Shown: positions 9,335 through 16,458 of the stretch, piece after piece
Numbering within the stretch: the stretch's first letter is position 1
How the letters are laid out: each line of letters opens with the position of its first letter
Sequence record: MT533174.1
Source: Escherichia phage CJ20
Length of the DNA: 64,000 bases
Reading direction: 5' to 3' (one strand)
Position numbers and translations under genes: made by a program
The notes under the pieces: generated by a model
What the model was told of the DNA's origin: nothing
The model's input: the letters and a program-made list of their open reading frames with translations, nothing else
The model's database searches: none

Positions 9335-9346
9335 TTATGTTATAAT
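9318..9346 (+). promoter_or_regulatory. Early sigma70-type promoter embedded in terminator hairpin
   Basis: CTTACA 9318-9323, 17-bp spacer, TATAAT 9341-9346, leader CCTATCAACTACTGGAG. Confidence 0.45.
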
Positions 9347-9372
9347 GACCCTATCAACTACTGGAGAATAAA

Positions 9373-9690
9373 ATGAAAACCATTGATTGCAAGGCAGAAT
9401 ACAAAGTTTATTATCATGGGTCAAGCTCTAATGCTGGAATCCAAAATATGCTTTGTCCTCCTGATGCAACTGGTGTTCTGTCAGAAGTTGGGCGTAAGAA
9501 AAATTTAGGGCGTGTGTTTTTTACTGAAGATATTGGTTTGGCGCGTATCTATGCAGGAAGAGCAGCTCGCTCATATGGAGGAGAACCCCGTCTTTATCGT
9601 GTGATTGCACCTGTTGACGTGGTTTGTTTAAATGATACTAAAGGCGCAACAGTTTATCACGCTGCCTGGGCGTTTTGTGAGGAAATCTAA
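9373..9690 (+). CDS. Hypothetical protein (105 aa) with ADP-ribosyltransferase-like motifs (YHGS and FTEDxGxAR)
   Basis: Motif FFTEDIGLARIYA mirrors SFTEDYGIARDFA of the ModA/ModB-type protein at 15854; ends at TAA directly followed in frame by next ATG. Confidence 0.5.
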   Translation: MKTIDCKAEYKVYYHGSSSNAGIQNMLCPPDATGVLSEVGRKKNLGRVFFTEDIGLARIYAGRAARSYGGEPRLYRVIAPVDVVCLNDTKGATVYHAAWAFCEEI

Positions 9691-9894
9691 ATGTATAAAT
9701 TAGAGAACGTAGTGTTTATTGGTTGGTTTGAAAATGGCAATATGTTTACCAAAGAAACTGCGCTGGATGTCAGTGACAAAAATATGATTGAATGGGTTAC
9801 AGTGCAGTATGCAGAAGTGAATAATGCGCTGGTTAAAGCCTTTGTTAATGATAATAAAGTTTTTGAATATGATTATCGTTCTAACGAAAAATAA
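9691..9894 (+). CDS. Hypothetical protein (67 aa); same frame as 9373-9690 across a single TAA
   Basis: ATG immediately after TAA 9688-9690; position and size compatible with a T4 61.4/dmd-type small gene, not verified. Confidence 0.45.
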   Translation: MYKLENVVFIGWFENGNMFTKETALDVSDKNMIEWVTVQYAEVNNALVKAFVNDNKVFEYDYRSNEK

Positions 9895-9896
9895 CA

Positions 9897-9928
9897 GTTT
9901 ACATCAAAGGGATAATGCTGTATATTAT
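9897..9928 (+). promoter_or_regulatory. Early sigma70-type promoter
   Basis: GTTTAC 9897-9902, TATATTAT 9921-9928, leader CCTATCAACTACTGAGGAG. Confidence 0.5.
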
Positions 9929-9954
9929 CCCTATCAACTACTGAGGAGATTGAA

Positions 9955-10248
9955 ATGAAAAAGTTATTAATCGCAGCAATTCTTACCGTAGCATCATGTG
10001 GTACAGCTCCAGTTACTGCTGGACTTGATAAAGACCTTTGTGAGTGGTCTATGACCGCCGACCAGACTGATGTTGAACATCAGATTTATGCTGATATCAT
10101 GAACATTACTAAACGTGACCGTCCAGATATGGTTAAAGAAGTATCTGACCAACTGGCTTCTGGTGACGTTATGCAGTATAACTATGTTCTGTATTGCGAT
10201 GCTTCATTTGACAACAGCAAGATTGTTCAATGGGTTACAGGTGAATAA
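9955..10248 (+). CDS. sp: Spackle-like periplasmic protein (signal peptide)
   Basis: 97 aa, same length as T4 Sp; N-terminal signal peptide; motif DKDLCEWSMTADQT recalled from T4 Sp; located between genes 41 and 61 as in T4. Confidence 0.55.
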   Translation: MKKLLIAAILTVASCGTAPVTAGLDKDLCEWSMTADQTDVEHQIYADIMNITKRDRPDMVKEVSDQLASGDVMQYNYVLYCDASFDNSKIVQWVTGE

Positions 10249-10249
10249 A

Positions 10250-10687
10250 ATGATTAACAGAACTTTAGTTATCAAAAAACTTCGTTGTAAAAATCAAAAT
10301 GCACAAGCATACAGGATGTTTTGGAGCGACGAAATTCAATACCTGGGTTATTTTCTTGTTGATAGTGATAATAGAATTACGTTTGCTCATAAACTTCTTA
10401 ACAAAGAATTAAACCATTGGCAAGAACTTATTGCGGTCAAGTCTAAATTATTTTCGCGCAATACAATGCACCAATTGGTTTATTTTTTCGCTGACGGTAT
10501 TCCCGACAAGGTTGAGTTTGACGGGTTTGAATTTAAAGACATCAACCCTGATAATGAATTGAATGACAGTATTGTTAATATGGGTATCCCTGACAAGTAC
10601 ATTAAAAACAGTCTTTTGAAACTTCTGGAAAATCCTGTTTATTCAGTTGACGACCAGATTTTTAATGCTTTCATGAAGCGAGATTAA
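10250..10687 (+). CDS. Hypothetical protein (145 aa) ending DDQIFNAFMKRD
   Basis: ATG 10250 after sp stop; 3' end is one copy of a 35-bp direct repeat. Confidence 0.45.
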   Translation: MINRTLVIKKLRCKNQNAQAYRMFWSDEIQYLGYFLVDSDNRITFAHKLLNKELNHWQELIAVKSKLFSRNTMHQLVYFFADGIPDKVEFDGFEFKDINPDNELNDSIVNMGIPDKYIKNSLLKLLENPVYSVDDQIFNAFMKRD

Positions 10688-10688
10688 T

Positions 10689-11045
10689 ATGAGTTATTAT
10701 AATTTTCTGAATTTTGAACTGGCGAGCAATAATGATGGTAATGCTCATTATGAATTTCGTGAGCCTCGGTTTAATCAGGCGATTGGTTATATTATCGTTA
10801 AAGATAATGTTATTATAAAGGCTCGCTCATTTATGGTAATGAGTGGACCTTATGAAGATACTCGTGGCTATCCATTTGATAAAAAGAATGTACGCGATTG
10901 TGCGGCATGGATAACCGGAAACCCTGAAATTGGGGTCATGATATCTACTGAAGCGAATGACATTCTGGAAGGGGTCGTCAAAGCTCAAGAACCGCCTACT
11001 GATATTGATGACCAGATTTTTAATGCCTTCATGAAGCGAGGTTGA
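10689..11045 (+). CDS. Hypothetical protein (118 aa) ending DDQIFNAFMKRG
   Basis: ORF exactly bracketed by direct repeats 10648-10682 and 11006-11040. Confidence 0.5.
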   Translation: MSYYNFLNFELASNNDGNAHYEFREPRFNQAIGYIIVKDNVIIKARSFMVMSGPYEDTRGYPFDKKNVRDCAAWITGNPEIGVMISTEANDILEGVVKAQEPPTDIDDQIFNAFMKRG

Positions 11046-11046
11046 T

Positions 11047-11268
11047 ATGTATGTTTTGACCCAATTCTCTAAAGCAATATATAGTTACCCTTGCCAGTGG
11101 GAAGTCTTTATTGATACCCCTTCGCCTAAGTATGGTGTTTTTGGGCGAGTAACTACGCAAGCTTACGTTGCGCGACCGACTAAACGTCAGATTCGTAAAC
11201 TTAAAAAGGCACATCGTCAATTGATTAAAAGAAGGGAACAATATGAGTGCAATGTGTACGGGCTCTAA
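11047..11268 (+). CDS. Hypothetical protein (73 aa)
   Basis: ORF in series with neighbours; basic C-terminus; no homology recognised. Confidence 0.4.
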   Translation: MYVLTQFSKAIYSYPCQWEVFIDTPSPKYGVFGRVTTQAYVARPTKRQIRKLKKAHRQLIKRREQYECNVYGL

Positions 11269-11434
11269 GATTTCGGTCTTCCAGATTTTTGAAGAATATG
11301 AAATCGTGTCGCAAGACCAAGAAGCAATCCATGTTATCGCTGATGATGGTGTTACCTGGATTATTCCGTTGTATCATGAAGACACTTATGAAGTGACTGA
11401 TGCAAATGGTGATAAAGCTATCTTCGTTGTATAA
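11243..11434 (+). CDS. Hypothetical protein (63 aa)
   Basis: Overlaps previous ORF by 26 nt; acidic; no homology recognised. Confidence 0.35.
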   Translation: MSAMCTGSKISVFQIFEEYEIVSQDQEAIHVIADDGVTWIIPLYHEDTYEVTDANGDKAIFVV

Positions 11435-11437
11435 ATA
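11430..11437 (+). promoter_or_regulatory. Late promoter box TATAAATA
   Basis: Exact T4 late consensus 17 nt upstream of ATG 11454 with SD AAGGGGG. Confidence 0.45.
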
Positions 11438-11453
11438 GCGGAAAGGGGGTGTT

Positions 11454-11621
11454 ATGAAAACATTCAAAGATTTTATCAACGAAGATATGGTTGCCGGTGA
11501 TGCAGGTGGAAACCCAACTAATATCGCAACAGGTACCACTTCCGGGGCAGTTGTCAATAAAGGCCCTGAACAAATCCCATCAAAAAAGCATAAGAATAAA
11601 GACGATAAACCTACAGTATAA
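11454..11621 (+). CDS. Hypothetical small protein (55 aa), Gly/Thr-rich with basic tail
   Basis: ATG 11454 after late promoter box and SD; followed by tetraloop hairpin 11620-11639. Confidence 0.35.
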   Translation: MKTFKDFINEDMVAGDAGGNPTNIATGTTSGAVVNKGPEQIPSKKHKNKDDKPTV

Positions 11622-11653
11622 TGGTCCTCCGGGGCCATTGAAATGAGGAAACT

Positions 11654-12682
11654 ATGTCATATATTGATAGAGAATTTGCAGTCAAAGCTTTATCGTATCA
11701 ACCACGTTACAGAGAAGTCACCGGGAGCACATTTAAGGCAAACTGTCGTTGTAAGGTTTGTGGTGACTCCCAGAAAGATTCGCACAAGGCTCGATTCTGG
11801 GCGTATACTAATCCGGCCGATGGCGCGGTTTACGTGAAATGTTTTAACTGTGACTACTCCACGCATATAAGCAAATACATAAAAGAGTTTGAGCCAGATT
11901 TACACCGGGAATATATGGTCGAGAAGTATAAGGAGAATGCATTTGGGCGGCAACGCACTGAAGTTGTCGAAACTCCGAAAGAACCAGAAAAAACTCCGGT
12001 TATTGAGCAGCTTGCTTTTTGTGAAAGACTCGATACTTTACCAGAAGCACATCCGATAGTTAAGTATGTAAAAAGTCGGTGTATTCCGAGCAATGTTTGG
12101 AACCGGTTATGGTTTACAAACCAATGGCCTGCATTAGTTAACTCCGTCAATCCTGGGACGTATAAGAATGAAACGAATGAGCCACGCTTGGTTATTCCTA
12201 TCTTCAACGGCAAAAAAGAAATCGAATCTTTCCAAGGACGAGCTCTTCGCAAAGATGCACCACAAAAATATATCACAATCAAAGCTCACCCAGAAGCTTC
12301 CAAAGTCTATGGCGTAGACAAGATTGACGAGCGCAAGCGTGTATGGGTAATGGAAGGTCCAATTGATAGTTTGTTTATCCCTAACAGCATTGCGATAACC
12401 GGTGGAACATTAGCATTGGAAGCCGTTCCTTATGCTGAAACCAGAGTATGGGTGATGGACAACGAGCCAAGACATCCGGATACGATTAAACGTATGAAGA
12501 AGCTCGTTGAAGCTGGCGAAGCTGTTATGTTCTGGGACAATGCACCATGGCATACGAAAGACATAAATGAGATGATTAAATCAGAAGGAGCAACCCCTGA
12601 ACAAATCGAATCATATATGGCCGATAACGTTGCTCAAGGGTTGATGGCGAGAATGCGACTTTCGAAGTACGCAAAAGTTTAG
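11654..12682 (+). CDS. 61: DNA primase gp61
   Basis: 342 aa; zinc-binding CRCKVCGDS...CFNC; TOPRIM-like region; matches remembered T4 gp61. Confidence 0.93.
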   Translation: MSYIDREFAVKALSYQPRYREVTGSTFKANCRCKVCGDSQKDSHKARFWAYTNPADGAVYVKCFNCDYSTHISKYIKEFEPDLHREYMVEKYKENAFGRQRTEVVETPKEPEKTPVIEQLAFCERLDTLPEAHPIVKYVKSRCIPSNVWNRLWFTNQWPALVNSVNPGTYKNETNEPRLVIPIFNGKKEIESFQGRALRKDAPQKYITIKAHPEASKVYGVDKIDERKRVWVMEGPIDSLFIPNSIAITGGTLALEAVPYAETRVWVMDNEPRHPDTIKRMKKLVEAGEAVMFWDNAPWHTKDINEMIKSEGATPEQIESYMADNVAQGLMARMRLSKYAKV

Positions 12683-12709
12683 GAAGGGATTCCGGTAAGT
12701 TCCACAGAA

Positions 12710-12741
12710 AAACATCATGGACTTTTTAGCCCATGATGTTT
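12710..12741. other. Stem-loop (10-11 bp stem AACATCATGG/CCATGATGTT, 10-nt loop)
   Basis: Perfect inverted repeat between gene 61 stop and the 3' end of a minus-strand ORF; possible bidirectional terminator. Confidence 0.4.
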
Positions 12742-12800
12742 CTTGTCTTTCTTACTGGTTAATTTCCAAATCTGATAGAATAATGTTCACATAGTTCCAC

Positions 12801-12998
12801 CTATATAAGGCCGATTAATGCCAGTGAAACATCTACAACCGATTCGAGTGCAATGACTGGTAATATAACACCATGTGTCAATGCAACAGGGGCAACAACG
12901 AAGTTCCAGAGTAGAACTAAACAGAGTATCGAAAGGACCAGAATCGTTCGCTTACGACTGCCTTTGATGGCTTGAATTAGACTAGATAGTTTGAGCAT
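12801..12998 (-). CDS. Small membrane protein (65 aa), opposite strand to surrounding early genes
   Basis: ATG at 12998 preceded by SD GGAGGATAT; two hydrophobic segments; CATAAATA late-like box 13015-13022 on minus strand. Confidence 0.4.
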   Translation of the reverse strand: MLKLSSLIQAIKGSRKRTILVLSILCLVLLWNFVVAPVALTHGVILPVIALESVVDVSLALIGLI

Positions 12999-13083
12999 AT
13001 ATCCTCCTTCCGTGTATTTATGCTTCAAACCAATATGATATAATTAACATACAAAATAACATGAATTGATAAGGAAAAATATA

Positions 13084-13602
13084 ATGGCTCATTTTAACGA
13101 GTGTTCCCAACTGATTGCTGGTGTTGATAAAGCTGAAGAAGCTTATGACAATGCGATTACAAAAGGTACTGACCCGCTGCAGATTATGCTTGATATGCAG
13201 AAATCATTGCAAGTTCGTCTGGCTACTGAAAAACCAGAATATAACTCACATCCAGATGAATTAGCTACTGCAGGTGATGTTGTTGCATGGCTTCGTAACC
13301 AGAAAGATTATGTCGACGACGAATTCCGTGAACTTCTGACTTCTCTCGGTGGTATGTCTAATGGCGAGAAAGCTGCATCAAGTTGTTGGAAGCCGTGGAA
13401 AGCACAACATGCTGAATTCCGTAATCGTCGTATTGATGAGTTGTCTCCTGAAGACCAGCTCGAAATTAAATTTGAGATGATTGATATCCTGCACTTTGTT
13501 CTGAATATGTTCCATGGTCTTGGTCTGTCAGCAGAAGAAATCTTTAAACTGTATTACCTGAAAAATGCCGAGAACTTTGCTCGTCAGGACCGAGGTTATT
13601 AA
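13084..13602 (+). CDS. 56: dCTPase/dUTPase gp56 (MazG-like)
   Basis: 172 aa; MAHFNEC start, DPLQ.MLDMQ, SPEDQLEIKFE..DI.HFVLNMF, ending NFARQDRGY, matching remembered T4 gp56. Confidence 0.85.
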   Translation: MAHFNECSQLIAGVDKAEEAYDNAITKGTDPLQIMLDMQKSLQVRLATEKPEYNSHPDELATAGDVVAWLRNQKDYVDDEFRELLTSLGGMSNGEKAASSCWKPWKAQHAEFRNRRIDELSPEDQLEIKFEMIDILHFVLNMFHGLGLSAEEIFKLYYLKNAENFARQDRGY

Positions 13603-13844
13603 TGCCTCGTTTAAATAAACGTCAGCTTAAGAAAGCTCGTAAGAAGCATATTAATGATATAATTGAAAACGCTAATGTTGAAATCTTTGTAGAACTCTTA
13701 GCCAATCAACTAAAAAATTTATCTAAACAAGAAATTGATATGAATATTGAAAATGCTAAAAATGTAATCGAAACTCATAAACTCATAATGTTTTTGCTCA
13801 AGCTACAGCCGAATACATTGCCAATCCTACTGCTGAAAATCTAG
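13602..13844 (+). CDS. Hypothetical protein (80 aa)
   Basis: TAATG overlap with gene 56; basic N-terminus, hydrophobic C-terminus. Confidence 0.4.
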   Translation: MPRLNKRQLKKARKKHINDIIENANVEIFVELLANQLKNLSKQEIDMNIENAKNVIETHKLIMFLLKLQPNTLPILLLKI

Positions 13845-13893
13845 CTAAAATGACTGAAGCCAATAAAGCAGTCCAAGCCGTCAAATTGTAAGT

Positions 13894-13901
13894 TATAAAT
13901 A
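13894..13901 (+). promoter_or_regulatory. Late promoter box TATAAATA for soc
   Basis: Exact T4 late consensus 30 nt upstream of soc ATG with SD AAGGAG. Confidence 0.6.
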
Positions 13902-13931
13902 CACCCATATTAAACAACAAAGGAGTTTAAT

Positions 13932-14165
13932 ATGGGTGGTTTCGTTAATATCAAAACCTTCACGCATCCAGCTGGTGAAGGTAAAGAAGTTAAAGGTACT
14001 GAGGTTTCAGTTCTGTTTGAGATTTATTCAAACGAGCACCGTATTGCCAATGCTCATTATCAGACTTTCCCTTCGGCCGTTGCAGCCTATACTACTGTAG
14101 TGACTGATGCAGCCGATTGGCGAACTAAGAACGCGGCGATGTTTACGCCGACTGATATTGTTTAA
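13932..14165 (+). CDS. soc: Small outer capsid protein Soc
   Basis: 77 aa; VNIKTF, AHYQTFPS, AAYTTV match remembered T4 Soc; late promoter upstream, terminator downstream. Confidence 0.75.
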   Translation: MGGFVNIKTFTHPAGEGKEVKGTEVSVLFEIYSNEHRIANAHYQTFPSAVAAYTTVVTDAADWRTKNAAMFTPTDIV

Positions 14166-14170
14166 TTATA

Positions 14171-14193
14171 GGGAACCTTCGGGTTCCCTTTTT
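14171..14193 (+). terminator. Rho-independent terminator (GGGAACC-TTCG-GGTTCCC + T run)
   Basis: Perfect 7-bp stem with TTCG tetraloop and TTTTT, right after soc. Confidence 0.75.
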
Positions 14194-14216
14194 GCTTTTA
14201 ATAGAGATGGTATAAT
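14191..14216 (+). promoter_or_regulatory. Putative MotA-dependent middle promoter
   Basis: TTTGCTTTTA (TGCTT 14193-14197) 18 bp before TATAAT 14211-14216. Confidence 0.35.
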
Positions 14217-14241
14217 TATCTCAACTACAGAGGAGAATACT

Positions 14242-14439
14242 ATGTTAAACCGTTGGATTAAACCGAACAAAACTTTAGACGAAGTTATTGCCCATGATGT
14301 ACATTTTAAGTATGGTCTGGGTGTGTTTGATGAGGTTGTCGTACACTCGTTCATGATGCACGATGATGATTCTTTAGAATTTAATATTGAAATCCGTTGT
14401 GATGATGGTAAAGTTGAATTTAAACGAGGTTTCCTATGA
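14242..14439 (+). CDS. Hypothetical protein (65 aa)
   Basis: ATG 14242 preceded by SD GAGGAG. Confidence 0.4.
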   Translation: MLNRWIKPNKTLDEVIAHDVHFKYGLGVFDEVVVHSFMMHDDDSLEFNIEIRCDDGKVEFKRGFL

Positions 14440-14795
14440 TTAGTTGGCTCAAGAATTTATTCAAGACTAAGCCGAATGAAGGTGTGGTTCCTGTTAGCCT
14501 ACCAGATGTCAAGCTAAGAGAATATGTTTACATGGGCGATGGTATGATGGAAGAAGTTCGTCGCCGACCAGAAAAAGCCGGTAATGTCGGACCAGGTGCA
14601 TTGCCATTGAATTCGAAAAAGTTAAAAGAGCATCTGGATTCAAGACGTTCTACAAGCCATGCCGATACTACACCGCATATTGATATGACTCCGATTGTGG
14701 TTACTGCGGCCGCTGTCAGTTCGTGGACTGGTGATTCGTCTTATTCCTCCTATGATTCAGGAAGCTGCGATTCGTCTTCCAGCTCGTGTGATTAA
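14436..14795 (+). CDS. Hypothetical protein (119 aa) with Ser/Cys-rich C-terminal tail
   Basis: C-terminus TGDSSYSSYDSGSCDSSSSSCD; no homology recognised. Confidence 0.5.
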   Translation: MISWLKNLFKTKPNEGVVPVSLPDVKLREYVYMGDGMMEEVRRRPEKAGNVGPGALPLNSKKLKEHLDSRRSTSHADTTPHIDMTPIVVTAAAVSSWTGDSSYSSYDSGSCDSSSSSCD

Positions 14796-14990
14796 ATGAG
14801 AATTACAAGTTGGCTTAAAGATTGGTTGGTTACTCCAGGGATTGATGATTCCTGGGTGGCCAGAGCCGAGGAAGAAATGCAGCGCGAAGCTGAAGAATGG
14901 GCGGCTACAGGGCTTAAAGTCATGCAGGAAAAGAAGACCGAAAGAGCTGCGCTTAAACTGATGCGTGATATCTACGGAGATAAATCATGA
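14796..14990 (+). CDS. Hypothetical protein (64 aa)
   Basis: ORF in series; Glu/Ala-rich helical-looking sequence. Confidence 0.4.
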   Translation: MRITSWLKDWLVTPGIDDSWVARAEEEMQREAEEWAATGLKVMQEKKTERAALKLMRDIYGDKS

Positions 14991-15136
14991 CACAAGAAGA
15001 AGCTGAACGTCAGGCAAAAGAAGCACTGGATTTGCTTTTGAAAATTGGCAGTAAAATGATGGAAGAAAATGAAAAGTACATCAAGGAAAATAAAATTCCT
15101 GATGGTCCATTAGTTGGTAAGAGGAAATCATTATGA
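14987..15136 (+). CDS. Hypothetical small protein (49 aa)
   Basis: ATGA overlap with previous stop; below ORF-track cutoff. Confidence 0.3.
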   Translation: MTQEEAERQAKEALDLLLKIGSKMMEENEKYIKENKIPDGPLVGKRKSL

Positions 15137-15621
15137 AAGTATACGAATTAGAATTCTATGTCCGTGATTCGGCTGGGCAAACACGACTTTACGATGCTAC
15201 CGCATGTCTTATCATGGTTTACAATGGCATGGATTCGGTTACCGAATTGGAAACAAAATTAATGAACATGACGATGCCGGAAAACGTTATGCTGAAGGTA
15301 TTTCATAGAAAAAACGTTGATGTGGCTGAAGGGTGTCCGTTTACTGTTTCCGAAGCTCTACACATTAAAGGCTATCGTCACCCGGACCCATATGCAGAAG
15401 GTACTGCGGATATTTTCTATAAAGATAGAGATAAAATGGCCACTGAACGCCTTAAAGGTCGCACATATCTGATTTCCACTACCGACGACCTTGCTGAAGT
15501 TGAACGTCAGATTTGGAAGCACTTTGATATCGGCTTGCGCTTTACTTTAACAGAAGAAGCTATTCAAGATACTAAAATGCGTGCTCGTATGTATGGTTAC
15601 GGTCCGATTGGTGGTTACTAA
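15133..15621 (+). CDS. Hypothetical protein (162 aa)
   Basis: SD GAGGAAATCATTATG; lies in the T4 mrh/modA.x interval; not assigned. Confidence 0.5.
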   Translation: MKVYELEFYVRDSAGQTRLYDATACLIMVYNGMDSVTELETKLMNMTMPENVMLKVFHRKNVDVAEGCPFTVSEALHIKGYRHPDPYAEGTADIFYKDRDKMATERLKGRTYLISTTDDLAEVERQIWKHFDIGLRFTLTEEAIQDTKMRARMYGYGPIGGY

Positions 15622-15797
15622 TGGATTTATTTGAACTTTTTGAAGAGCCTAAAGCTCCCACAGAAGCCCGTGTGGACCTAGTTGACGAGCTTGATGCGAT
15701 TATACAGAAGCATGGTTTTAGTCTCCCGTTGGAAGTTCTACGCGACCTGGCCTCATATTACGACGACCCACCTCCATGGGCACCATGGAAACAGTAG
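15621..15797 (+). CDS. Hypothetical small protein (58 aa)
   Basis: TAATG overlap; acidic; below ORF-track cutoff. Confidence 0.35.
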   Translation: MDLFELFEEPKAPTEARVDLVDELDAIIQKHGFSLPLEVLRDLASYYDDPPPWAPWKQ

Positions 15798-15826
15798 TTT
15801 ACTTACTCCCCTCCTAATGACATAAT
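15797..15826 (+). promoter_or_regulatory. Early sigma70-type promoter
   Basis: GTTTAC 15797-15802, 18-bp spacer, CATAAT 15821-15826. Confidence 0.45.
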
Positions 15827-15853
15827 GGTCTTTCTTACAACAGAGAGGCCATT

Positions 15854-16414
15854 ATGAACATCATCAAATCTGATACCGAACCCAACCAGTTAAAATTTAG
15901 TGAAATGGAGATAGCTTCATTATTTGAATGCCGCACATCAAAGGTTGATAAGGCATTGCATTCAAACGTTAACTCAATCATCAAGTCAAGGTTATCTGTG
16001 CCTGATACAGTCTTGTATCGTGGGATTACCCAGCAAGAGATTGATTTGTTAGATGAAGCAAAAGAATCAATGCAACCTTTTGAATTTGGAAGGATAACCT
16101 CCTTTACAGAAGACTATGGTATTGCCAGGGATTTTGCCGCAATGGAATATGTGTCAAGGACTATCATCAGATTGAATCATACAAAAGCTTTTTGTTACCA
16201 TGATGCGATGCGCAAAATCGCGCTTGACGTTCCACTGGAATTCTTCAATACAGCTTCTGGTTCCGAACAGGCAGCAACGTTAAGACGTGAAGAATACATG
16301 GACATGATTGATTCTGAGCTTGAATGGTTTGTTCCAGTTGACCAGAAATTCGTGATAGTTGATGCTGGATTTGTTGGTGATTATTATGTTCTTGACTGTG
16401 TACAAGCACAATAA
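15854..16414 (+). CDS. ADP-ribosyltransferase, ModA/ModB family
   Basis: 186 aa; R-S-E type motifs LYRGIT, ITSFTED, ELEWFVPVD; first of a tandem pair; ModA versus ModB orthology not resolved. Confidence 0.7.
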   Translation: MNIIKSDTEPNQLKFSEMEIASLFECRTSKVDKALHSNVNSIIKSRLSVPDTVLYRGITQQEIDLLDEAKESMQPFEFGRITSFTEDYGIARDFAAMEYVSRTIIRLNHTKAFCYHDAMRKIALDVPLEFFNTASGSEQAATLRREEYMDMIDSELEWFVPVDQKFVIVDAGFVGDYYVLDCVQAQ

Positions 16415-16427
16415 GACATGTTAAGAT
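16399..16427 (+). promoter_or_regulatory. Early sigma70-type promoter
   Basis: TGTACA 16399-16404, 17-bp spacer, TAAGAT 16422-16427; followed by leader CCTATCAACTACTGATGAGGA 16431-16451. Confidence 0.45.
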
Positions 16428-16458
16428 GTTCCTATCAACTACTGATGAGGATAATAAA

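Noticed and set aside
13781-13891. Possible frameshifted alternative C-terminus for ORF 13602-13844 (the -1 frame reads NVFAQATAEYIANPTAENLAKMTEANKAVQAVKL)
   Set aside because: No slippery heptamer or stimulatory structure at the junction; the alternative frame has no start codon of its own apart from a 13-aa tail; more likely a noncoding A/T-rich stretch ahead of the soc late promoter.
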